A DNA stretch of 64,000 nt from Candidatus Saccharimonadales bacterium (lineage in GTDB: Bacteria; Patescibacteriota; Saccharimonadia; Saccharimonadales; DASZAF01): NCBI GenBank assembly GCA_035480055.1, contig DATIIB010000008.1:704-64703 (forward strand), read 5' to 3'. The translations under genes and the position numbers were made by a program. The first letter of the stretch is position 1. Each line of letters opens with the position of its first letter. The notes under the pieces are model-generated. The model did not search any database. It saw only the letters and a program-made list of their open reading frames with translations, and was not told the origin of the DNA. Shown here one piece after another: positions 42,816 through 51,300 of the stretch.

Positions 42816-44984
42816 TTACTCACCTCGATTAAAGACATCGTCCACGCTGGCCACAAGTACATCGCGAGGCCGAGCACCGTCGGCTGGGCCGATAACGCCT
42901 TGTTCTTCCATGGTCTCGATCAACCGGGCCGCACGAGCATATCCCACACGTAGGCGGCGTTGCAGCAGGCTGGCGCTGGCTTTGCCGCTTTCCACCACAC
43001 AGCGAACTGCGTCTCGGTACATATCGTCGTCGCCGCCACCATCGTAGTCCATCACCATGCCGCCTTTGCTGCCGATTTGAACCGGCTGAGCAATAATTTC
43101 TTCGTCATAGTCTGGTGGGCGCTGCATGCGGATGTGATCCGCGATCTTGACTACTTCTTCATCGCTCACAAACGCACCTTGGATACGTTTTGGCTTGCTC
43201 ATCGCTGGAGTCAACATTAGCATGTCACCCTGACCAAGCAATTTCTCGGCACCCATTTGGTCCAGAATGGTCCGCGAATCCACTTGGCTGGCCACCGTAA
43301 AGGCAATCCGTGCCGGAATGTTAGCTTTGATGAGCCCGGTAATGACATCGACGCTTGGACGCTGGGTAGCAAGCACCAAGTGAATACCCACGGCACGTGC
43401 CTTCTGAGCCAACCGGACAATCAATGCTTCAACATCGCGCGCAGCCAGCATCATCAGGTCAGCCAACTCGTCGATCACGATCACCACATACGGCATGTTC
43501 TCTTCTTTTTTGCTGGCATTGTAGCCGGCAATGTTACGCTGCCCTACTTCGGCCAACAAACTGTAGCGGCGCTCCATCTCGTTGACCGCCCATTTAAGCG
43601 CGCTGATACATTTTTCAGGCTCAGTAATAACAGGGGTGAGCAAATGAGGAATATTGTTGTACGGAGTGAGCTCCACTTGCTTTGGGTCAACCAGAATGAG
43701 TTTCATGGTGGCAGGGCTGTTACGATACAGCAGACTCGACAGCAAAGTGTTGATCATCACCGACTTACCAGAGCCAGTTTGTCCAGCGATCAACAGGTGT
43801 GGCATTTTGTCGAGTTCGCCCACAATTGGGTCGCCAGCAATGTCTTTGCCAATTGCAAAACTGAGTGGCGAGTTACTGCTCTTCCAATTGTGACTTTCCA
43901 GCACGCCATACAATCGCACATCGGCGGCGCGTTTGTTTGGCACCTCAATGCCCACCGCGCGTTGGCCAGGAATAGGAGCTTCGATACGAATCGCTTGGGC
44001 AGCCAGGTTCAAGGCGATATTTGTCTCAAGCGCGGTAATCCTCGTCAGCTTGACGCCAGCCGGCGGCTTCAGCGTGTACTGCGTGACTTTTGGCCCAATG
44101 TTGGCGCCTTCCATTTCGACATCGATGTTAAATTCGGCCAGCGTATCTTTGATGGTCTGCGCGTTACCCTTCACGTCGCCCGCATCAGCCGGCTGCTGTT
44201 TTTTCTCAAGCAGTTCCAGGCTGGGCGCTTTCCAATCCGGGTCGCTGGCAGTGGTGAGCGGCGCGGCATTTTCTTCGGCCTTGTTCGCATCCATGCTATT
44301 GCGCAGACTACGCGACCCGCGGCCATGTTCTTCTACTGGCACACCTTGGTTCAGCTTCAATTCGGCTACGTCGCTGGTCGCGCGGCGCTCCGGCTTGAGC
44401 TCTTTCATCTTTTCCATCACTGCTTGGTTGGCGTGATCGAATCCATCGCGTGTAAACAAATTGCCAATCGCGCTAAAGATCGTCTTAAAGGTGATTTTGA
44501 GCACATATAAACAAGCGATGGTCGCAATCACCCCTAGTACAATGGCGCTGGCAGTTGTGTCGAGCATCGCAAGCAACAGCTTATCAATGCCAAATCCAAT
44601 CATGCCACCACCATTTCCGGCAGAGGCAAAATCAGGAGCCGTTGGCTGCTGGCTGAACAAATGAATAAACGCCGCCACGCTGGCCACAAACACAAATCCG
44701 GCAATCTTCATCGAGCGCGGCAGTTGGTTCAGCTCAGCTCGAAAAAGCTCGATCGTATAGTACACCAAGATGACCGGCAGCAGGAATGCAATCATTCCCA
44801 CCAGCCATTTTGCAGAGGTCAGAAAGCCATGCGGCAACGGACCACCGATGCCAAACATGGCCAGCACCAAAAGGATAGCTGCAACAGCCGCCAATACCCC
44901 AAACGCCTGGCGCCAAAAGCCTTCTGGCAAGGTATGCTGGGGACCGGTCGGTTTTTTGCTTTTTCGTTTTCTTCGCTTGGCCAT
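42816..44984 (-). CDS. ftsK: DNA translocase FtsK/SpoIIIE
   Basis: N-terminal TM domain, GQTGSGKSV, VIVIDELADL, gamma wHTH LLQRRLRVGYARAARLIE. Confidence 0.9.
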   Translation of the reverse strand: MAKRRKRKSKKPTGPQHTLPEGFWRQAFGVLAAVAAILLVLAMFGIGGPLPHGFLTSAKWLVGMIAFLLPVILVYYTIELFRAELNQLPRSMKIAGFVFVASVAAFIHLFSQQPTAPDFASAGNGGGMIGFGIDKLLLAMLDTTASAIVLGVIATIACLYVLKITFKTIFSAIGNLFTRDGFDHANQAVMEKMKELKPERRATSDVAELKLNQGVPVEEHGRGSRSLRNSMDANKAEENAAPLTTASDPDWKAPSLELLEKKQQPADAGDVKGNAQTIKDTLAEFNIDVEMEGANIGPKVTQYTLKPPAGVKLTRITALETNIALNLAAQAIRIEAPIPGQRAVGIEVPNKRAADVRLYGVLESHNWKSSNSPLSFAIGKDIAGDPIVGELDKMPHLLIAGQTGSGKSVMINTLLSSLLYRNSPATMKLILVDPKQVELTPYNNIPHLLTPVITEPEKCISALKWAVNEMERRYSLLAEVGQRNIAGYNASKKEENMPYVVIVIDELADLMMLAARDVEALIVRLAQKARAVGIHLVLATQRPSVDVITGLIKANIPARIAFTVASQVDSRTILDQMGAEKLLGQGDMLMLTPAMSKPKRIQGAFVSDEEVVKIADHIRMQRPPDYDEEIIAQPVQIGSKGGMVMDYDGGGDDDMYRDAVRCVVESGKASASLLQRRLRVGYARAARLIETMEEQGVIGPADGARPRDVLVASVDDVFNRGE

Positions 44985-45088
44985 ACTAGAGTCACGTTTA
45001 CTACGCTTATGCTACCACTGTACTACAAGAGAAAAAAGTTTACAATTCTTGACCACAAAATTGGCTATTCGCCAAGCGGCGCTTTCAA

Positions 45089-47344
45089 CTAGAACTGACG
45101 ATTTGAAGGCGTATAGCGACTGTTTTGTTCGGACAACTCAGGCGAGTCCCCGGTTGGCACAGGAGGTTGCACCTGCGGGCGTGGCTGTGATTGGGGCTGC
45201 TGAGGACGTTGTGGTTGCGGTCGACGTTGTCCACCACCACCGCCACCGTTATTGTTGCTCTGCTGGCCTTCGCCGCTAATCTCGTTGATCACGGGAATGA
45301 CAATCGGTGTGCGGTGCGTCTGATCATACAGAATGTGCGAGACATCGTCTTTGATCTCGCGCTTCACCTCGTCGAGTTCTACCCGGCGGCCGCCAAAACT
45401 GCGGGCAACTTTTTGCTTCAGATACGCACGAATCGTGTTCATCAGCTCCTCGGAGTCGCGCAGATAGATAAAGCCGCGACTAATGATGTCTGGGCTGGTC
45501 AGTAACCGACCCGTTTTTTTGCTCACGGTCAGCAACACGATAAACATTCCTTCGCTGGCAATGTGCAGACGGTCCTTCAAAACCACTTCACTCACCTCTT
45601 CGCCTGAGTTGTCGTACATTACGCCGCCAACTGGGACGCGCCCGGTTTTGGCCGCACCAATACGATTCAGCTCAACCACATCGCCGGAGTCACACACAAA
45701 GATATTATCTTTGGGAATATTGCAGGACTTCTCAGCCAGCTCGGCGTTGTGCACCAGCATGTGGAACTCGCCGTGGATCGGCATGTAATATTTTGGCTTC
45801 AAGGTGCTAATAAGTTTTACGTGATCGTCGTAATAGGCGTGACCACTCATGTGGAGTGGGCCGCAATCGTGCAGATGTTTGGTGCGATTTTGAAGCACTT
45901 CGGCACCTTCGCGCATCAAGCCGTCAACGGTGTGAACCACGTTGACTTCGTTGCCAGGGATTGGGTTGGAACTAAAGACAATGATGTCGCTCGATTTAAC
46001 CTTAATGTGCTTGTGCGCACCGGTTGCCATGCGGTTAAGTACTGCGGTCAGCTCGCCTTGTGAACCGGTACAGACAATCGTCACCTTGTTGTCTGGCAAC
46101 TTTACAATGTCGTCCATGCGCATAATGACATCTTTGGGAACCTTGATAGCATTGCTGCGCAGGGCAACTTCCATGTTCTGGATCATGCTGTACCCCGCAA
46201 AGGCTACTTTACGACCGTTTTTGGAAGCCTTTTCCAAAATCATCTGGATACGGTGGATCTGGCTCGAGAAAGTCGAAATAATAATTCGGGCGCTCTGGTT
46301 TTGCTGCATGATGTCGTCAAAGCTCTGGGCGATATCGTATTCGCCGTGCATGTGGGTGCCTTCGAACTCACAGTTGGTGCTTTCGTTCATCAGCATCAAA
46401 ATGCCCTCTTCGTTGGCGATTTGCTCCAGGCGCGCCAGGTCAAACTTCTTGCCGTCAACTGGCTGCTCTTCAAAGCGCCAGTCACCTGTGTCAATGAGCA
46501 CACCGGCTGGCGTACGGATCACCACCGCCGTTGCGTCAGGAATGGAGTGATTCACGCGGACCAGTTCGACGCTAAAATGTTCACCCAGCTGTACTCGCTC
46601 ATGCGTGTCAGGATTAAGCGTGTTGTACTGCGGGGTGTAGCCGCTGGTTGCCTCGTCCATGGTTTTTTGCAGCATGCCGACTGTAAAGTGGCTGGCGTAC
46701 ACTGGGGCCGGAATTTTGTGAATCAAATGTTTAAATGCCCCAATGTGGTCAAGGTGGGCGTGAGTAAAGACAACGCCACGAATCTTGTGCTTGCGTTCCT
46801 CGAGGTAGCTAATGTCTGGCACAATGTAATTAATGCCGGGGTAGCCATCGCCAGGAAAGAGCAGACCCATGTCGATCACAATAATATCGTTGCCATACTC
46901 GATGGCCATCATGTTTTTACCAATACCCATTTCGCCAAGTCCGCCGATCGGCATAACCTTCACGGTTGGTTCGTCAGAAAGCGGCAGGCGGTTGGCCTTG
47001 CGGGCGCCATTGAGCGTATATTGTGCGCCGTGGTAACCGTTAAAGGCAGTTTTGTTGACCGGAATATTAATAATGTGTTGCGAAGCCATGGTGTTGACGG
47101 TTTCGCTTTTGCGGCGCGTGGCTGCAAAAACCTCACCGCGGCGAGTTTGGGTGCGCGCAAGCACGCTATTTTGGTTCTGAGGCTTACCAGGCTGACCGTT
47201 GCGCCCCTGTTGATGTTGCCCATTGCGGCCACCATTTTGATTTTGGCTGCGAGGAGGACGCCCGTTACCATTACCGCCGCCATTATTCTGACGTGGCTGG
47301 AATGAGCGCTGCCCCTGCTGTTGATTAGTATTTGGTTCGTCCAC
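45089..47344 (-). CDS. rnj: ribonuclease J with Gln/Asn/Gly/Arg-rich N- and C-terminal extensions
   Basis: Metallo-beta-lactamase HAHLDHIG, beta-CASP, RNase J C-terminal domain; GTG start overlapping the udg stop by 1 nt. Confidence 0.9.
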   Translation of the reverse strand: MDEPNTNQQQGQRSFQPRQNNGGGNGNGRPPRSQNQNGGRNGQHQQGRNGQPGKPQNQNSVLARTQTRRGEVFAATRRKSETVNTMASQHIINIPVNKTAFNGYHGAQYTLNGARKANRLPLSDEPTVKVMPIGGLGEMGIGKNMMAIEYGNDIIVIDMGLLFPGDGYPGINYIVPDISYLEERKHKIRGVVFTHAHLDHIGAFKHLIHKIPAPVYASHFTVGMLQKTMDEATSGYTPQYNTLNPDTHERVQLGEHFSVELVRVNHSIPDATAVVIRTPAGVLIDTGDWRFEEQPVDGKKFDLARLEQIANEEGILMLMNESTNCEFEGTHMHGEYDIAQSFDDIMQQNQSARIIISTFSSQIHRIQMILEKASKNGRKVAFAGYSMIQNMEVALRSNAIKVPKDVIMRMDDIVKLPDNKVTIVCTGSQGELTAVLNRMATGAHKHIKVKSSDIIVFSSNPIPGNEVNVVHTVDGLMREGAEVLQNRTKHLHDCGPLHMSGHAYYDDHVKLISTLKPKYYMPIHGEFHMLVHNAELAEKSCNIPKDNIFVCDSGDVVELNRIGAAKTGRVPVGGVMYDNSGEEVSEVVLKDRLHIASEGMFIVLLTVSKKTGRLLTSPDIISRGFIYLRDSEELMNTIRAYLKQKVARSFGGRRVELDEVKREIKDDVSHILYDQTHRTPIVIPVINEISGEGQQSNNNGGGGGGQRRPQPQRPQQPQSQPRPQVQPPVPTGDSPELSEQNSRYTPSNRQF

Positions 47345-47934
47345 TACTCTTTTCCTTTCGTGATAAGTTCTAGTGTTTTTGGTATCTTGCGAAAATCATC
47401 CATCAAAGTCTGGCGCATACCGCCGTTATACAGTGCAGCTGCCGGATGAAACAGCGGCATCACTACATGACCTTTCACCCGTTTGGGCTGGCCATGTACT
47501 TGGCTAATCTTGAGCCCAGGCAAGAATGTTTCCATTCCATGCTTCCCCAGGGTCACGATCAATTTTGGGTCAATCACCGCTAATTGCTGCATGAGGTAGG
47601 GCAAAAACGCTGCTTTTTCTTCGGGCAATGGGTCGCGATTGTTTGGCGGACGATATTTTACGGTGTTGGTGATGTATACATCCTCGCGCTTAAGGCCGAT
47701 ATCCGCCAACATCTCGTTCAAAAACTTTCCGGCCGCACCAACGAACGGTAAGCCTTGCTCGTCTTCGTTTTTGCCTGGTGCTTCGCCCACAAAAACCACA
47801 TCGGCATCAGGGTTCCCATCACCCATCACCAGGTGCGTGGCAGTCTTGGCCAAATCTGGACAGACATTATTTTTGACAATATCTGCCGCAATTTGGTCGA
47901 GTTGGTGTTGTTTGGTTTGACTTATGTCAGTCAT
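47344..47934 (-). CDS. uracil-DNA glycosylase, family 4
   Basis: GEAPGKNEDEQGLPFVGAAGKFL and FHPAAALYN motifs. Confidence 0.85.
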   Translation of the reverse strand: MTDISQTKQHQLDQIAADIVKNNVCPDLAKTATHLVMGDGNPDADVVFVGEAPGKNEDEQGLPFVGAAGKFLNEMLADIGLKREDVYITNTVKYRPPNNRDPLPEEKAAFLPYLMQQLAVIDPKLIVTLGKHGMETFLPGLKISQVHGQPKRVKGHVVMPLFHPAAALYNGGMRQTLMDDFRKIPKTLELITKGKE

Positions 47935-47944
47935 TGCTTTGCTC

Positions 47945-47999
47945 GTGATCGTCGGCGGGTCCTAACGCCCCGCCGAGTGTCACCCGCCGCGACGATCAC
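47945..47999 (-). other. GC-rich long hairpin with an alternative pairing partner in the pnp-udg gap
   Basis: GTGATCGTCGGCGGG (47945-47959) pairs with CCCGCCG(C)GACGATCAC (47983-47999); internal CCCGCCG (47969-47975) can pair with the same CGGCGGG. Confidence 0.5.
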
Positions 48000-48017
48000 T
48001 ATCCTTTTCGCTATTTG

Positions 48018-50135
48018 CTATTTAGCTTGCTTCATTGAAAGTACCAGACGGCCTCGGTCATCAACGGCAACGAGTTTGACAGTGACATGATCGCCTTCTT
48101 TTACCATATCGCTGGGATGCTCTACTCGCTTATCAGCCATTTCCGAGACGTGCACCAATCCTTCGTGGCCAGGCATGATTTCGACAAAGATGCCAAAATC
48201 CATCAGCTTTACCACGCGTGCATTTTGATATATTGTACCAACTTCTGGTTCTGCAGTCAAATCCTGAATCCACTTAATGGCTGCATCAATCGCCTTTTTA
48301 TCAGGGGCGGCAACCATTACCAGGCCGCTGTCGCGAATATCGATTTCGGCACCAGTTTCGGCAATGATCTTGTTGATCATCTCGCCACCCTTACCAATGA
48401 CTTCGCGGATCTTCTCGGGGTTGATCTGAATCTTTTCGATTCGCGGTGCGTATGGACTCATCTCTTTGCGTGGCTCTGGCAGAGTCTCTAGCATACTCTG
48501 TAAGATAAATGCTCGACCCACTTTGCCCTGCTCTAGAGCCTGAGCCAGCACTTCGGTGCCCAAACCGTGGACCTTCATATCCATCTGCAAGGCGGTAATT
48601 CCTTGGGCGGTTCCGGCAACCTTAAAGTCCATGTCGCCGGCAAAGTCTTCGGCATCTGCAATATCGCTGAGGATAATCGGGCGGTCGCCGTCGAGCATGA
48701 GGCCCATTGCAATTCCGCTCACTGGAGCAGTAATCGGCACGCCGGCATCCATCAGGGCCAGACAGCTTGAGCAAGTTGCGGCCATGCTGGTGCTACCGTG
48801 TTGGCTCATAATTTCGGTTACGCTGCGAATCGCATACGGGAATTCTTCTTCAGGAGGCAGTACTGCGTCAAGGGCGCGCTCGGCCAAGTAGCCATGGCCA
48901 ATTTCGCGGCGGCCAGGGCTGCCCATGCGGCGTGATTCGCCCACGGTGTATCCAGGTGCGTTGTAGTGGTGCATGTAACGGCGTTCACCTTCGCGCTCCA
49001 TTGTGTCCACAATTTGGGAGTAGCTAAGTGGTGCCAAGGTGACAATATTGAGTCCTTGCGTCATGCCGCGGGTAAAGAGGCTTGAGCCATGAGTGCGTGG
49101 CAACAGACCAACTTCGCTACTCAGCGGACGGATTTCAGTAAACTGACGGCCATCTGGGCGCAAGCTGTCTTCAATAATGCCACGGCGCACATCTTTGTTG
49201 GCTGCTGCGGCAAAGGCTTCAGCGTATTGCGCTTTAAAGTCGGGGAACAGTTCTTCGCCCAGCTTTTCTTCAAAGTGGCCAAGCAGTTCTTCGCGCAGCT
49301 CGTGCATTTTTTCGTGACGATCAGCATATGGGGCGCGCAGTTTGGCGCCCATTTTGCCTTCCAACCAAGCGTCGACCTCTTTTTGAATGTCTTCGCTAGG
49401 CAGACTCAGCTCGTAAGCTTGAGGGGTGACGCCAATTTTTTGCATTAACTCTTGCTGTAGTTTGATGGCTGGCTGAATAGCGGCGTGCGCAAAATCGAGT
49501 GCTTCGACAATTTGCGTCTCGGTCACTTCGCGGGCACCAGCTTCGACCATCATGATCGCTTTTTCGGTGCCAGCAACCACAAGGTCAAGCGGACCAGTAG
49601 TTAATTCTTCCAAAGGAGCGAATGCGGTGTACGCGCCATCTTTTATGCCCACGCGGATGCCAGCCACTGGGCCGTCAAACGGTGCGCCGGTCAGCATCAA
49701 AGCCGTACTGGTGGCGATCATGGCAATTGCGTCAGGACGAAATTCAGGGTCTAAGCTGAGCACGCTGGCCACCACTTGGACTTCGTGACGGTAGCCCTTG
49801 GGCCACAGAGGACGAATGGGACGATCGATCAAACGACCAATCAGCACGGCATCGTCACTGGGGCGGCCTTCGCGCTTAATAAAGCGACTGCCACTGATCT
49901 TGCCGGCGGCATACATTTTTTCTTCATACTCAATGCTGAGCGGAAAATAATCCATCGGTACTGGATTTTGCCCAACCACCGCGGTTGCGAGCACAACTGT
50001 GTCGCCATAGCGAGCCAAAACCGCGCCAGTAGCCCGAAAGCCAACGCGGTTTACCTCTAGGCTAAGCGTTTTGCCGCAAAATTCGGCCTCAACTTTAATA
50101 ATATCTTTACCGAAGGGGTTTATTGTCTGTCCCAT
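48018..50135 (-). CDS. pnp: polyribonucleotide nucleotidyltransferase (PNPase)
   Basis: Two RNase PH domains, KH (GKGGEMINKI) and S1 (VKLMDFGIFVE) domains. Confidence 0.95.
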   Translation of the reverse strand: MGQTINPFGKDIIKVEAEFCGKTLSLEVNRVGFRATGAVLARYGDTVVLATAVVGQNPVPMDYFPLSIEYEEKMYAAGKISGSRFIKREGRPSDDAVLIGRLIDRPIRPLWPKGYRHEVQVVASVLSLDPEFRPDAIAMIATSTALMLTGAPFDGPVAGIRVGIKDGAYTAFAPLEELTTGPLDLVVAGTEKAIMMVEAGAREVTETQIVEALDFAHAAIQPAIKLQQELMQKIGVTPQAYELSLPSEDIQKEVDAWLEGKMGAKLRAPYADRHEKMHELREELLGHFEEKLGEELFPDFKAQYAEAFAAAANKDVRRGIIEDSLRPDGRQFTEIRPLSSEVGLLPRTHGSSLFTRGMTQGLNIVTLAPLSYSQIVDTMEREGERRYMHHYNAPGYTVGESRRMGSPGRREIGHGYLAERALDAVLPPEEEFPYAIRSVTEIMSQHGSTSMAATCSSCLALMDAGVPITAPVSGIAMGLMLDGDRPIILSDIADAEDFAGDMDFKVAGTAQGITALQMDMKVHGLGTEVLAQALEQGKVGRAFILQSMLETLPEPRKEMSPYAPRIEKIQINPEKIREVIGKGGEMINKIIAETGAEIDIRDSGLVMVAAPDKKAIDAAIKWIQDLTAEPEVGTIYQNARVVKLMDFGIFVEIMPGHEGLVHVSEMADKRVEHPSDMVKEGDHVTVKLVAVDDRGRLVLSMKQAK

Positions 50136-50238
50136 TCTTCGTTCCTTTCCTCTACCCTCACCTTCGGTAAGTAACGGGGTTCAAGATATCTCTTATCTTC
50201 AACTCCACCACTTACGCTGATGAAGGCACATTATTTGT

Positions 50239-50278
50239 TCAAAAGTAAAAGAGACTCCGGCAAACTACTTGCGGAGTC
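50239..50278 (-). terminator. rho-independent terminator/attenuator between rpsO and pnp, overlapping the rpsO stop codon
   Basis: Reverse strand GACTCCGCAA-GTAGT-TTGC(C)GGAGTC followed by TCTTTTACTTTT; the TAG stop lies in the loop. Confidence 0.5.
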
Positions 50279-50531
50279 CCAGTTTTTGGATGAGCGCCTG
50301 ATAGGCATCGAAGTTCTTCTCGCTCAGGTAACGGAGTAACCGTTTGCGGCGGCCGACCATAGTCAGCAGTCCGCGGCGAGCAGCAAAGTCGTGTTTGTTC
50401 ACCTTCAGGTGTTCGGTCAGTTCTTTGATGCGCTCGGTCAAGATAGTTACCTGCACCTCTGGAGAACCAACATCACTTTTGGTGCGTTGGGTCGATGCGA
50501 TAGCCTGCGCTTTCTTCTCTTTGGTAATCAT
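50265..50531 (-). CDS. rpsO: 30S ribosomal protein S15
   Basis: [48 protein letters not shown]. Confidence 0.95.
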   Translation of the reverse strand: MITKEKKAQAIASTQRTKSDVGSPEVQVTILTERIKELTEHLKVNKHDFAARRGLLTMVGRRKRLLRYLSEKNFDAYQALIQKLGLRK

Positions 50532-50589
50532 ACAGAGGTCATTGTACCAGATTTAAGAAGTCCTCGCAAGAACCAGCTTGCCTTTGGTA

Positions 50590-51285
50590 TTAGGTGGGTT
50601 GTAATCGCGCTACTATTTCCTCGGCAGAAGGGTTTTCGGCCGCCATCTGCAGCGCATCGGTCACCTTCCACGCGGCAATATGTGTGCGACGCAGCGCGGT
50701 CGTATACGCCCCGACTCCCAACGCGTTGCCAATGTCCTCGACCAAGCTTCGAATATAGGTTCCGCTTGAAACTGCGCAGCGGAGTGTAAGCTCTGGATAT
50801 GCGTAGGATACTTTCGTCAACTGATAGACCGTTACCTGGCGAGGCTGGATCTTTACTTCTTTCCCTTTTCGGGCGAGCTGATATGCCCGGACTCCACCCA
50901 CTTTGATAGCTGAATAGATTGGCGGCGTTTGGGTAACCTCACCTCTGAATTGCTGTAAGGCGGTCTGGATTTCAGCATCGCTCGGTTCCCAAGAAGATAC
51001 CTCACTTATCTCCCCTTCTGGATCGCCAGTGGTGCTTTGCTGTCCCAAAATCGCCGTCGCTTCGTAGGTTTTGTCCAGCTTCAAAAAGCGATCGGCTTCT
51101 TTGCAAGCCTTACCGACTAAAATAATCAATAGACCTGTAGCAAACGGATCCAGCGTTCCAGCGTGACCAACTTTTATTTTATGACCAGCCTGTTCGCTCA
51201 GGATTCGGCGCACCACCGCGACCACCTTAAATGACGACCAACCGGCCGGTTTATCCACCAGGAGCATTCCATCAAATGTCTGCAT
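50590..51285 (-). CDS. truB: tRNA pseudouridine(55) synthase
   Basis: GHAGTLDPFATGLLIILVG catalytic Asp motif. Confidence 0.9.
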   Translation of the reverse strand: MQTFDGMLLVDKPAGWSSFKVVAVVRRILSEQAGHKIKVGHAGTLDPFATGLLIILVGKACKEADRFLKLDKTYEATAILGQQSTTGDPEGEISEVSSWEPSDAEIQTALQQFRGEVTQTPPIYSAIKVGGVRAYQLARKGKEVKIQPRQVTVYQLTKVSYAYPELTLRCAVSSGTYIRSLVEDIGNALGVGAYTTALRRTHIAAWKVTDALQMAAENPSAEEIVARLQPT

Positions 51286-51300
51286 ACTCCTCAGGCTACA

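Noticed and set aside
43257-44510. 417-aa plus-strand ORF
   Set aside because: It is entirely antisense to ftsK, whose motifs are unambiguous. Its composition is typical of a shadow ORF (Arg/His/Gln-rich, no motifs). The same reasoning applies to 42960-43220, 43933-44436 and 44661-45279.
46253-47305. 350-aa plus-strand ORF
   Set aside because: It is antisense to RNase J (clear HxHxDH/beta-CASP on the minus strand), so it is a shadow ORF. This also covers 45942-46550.
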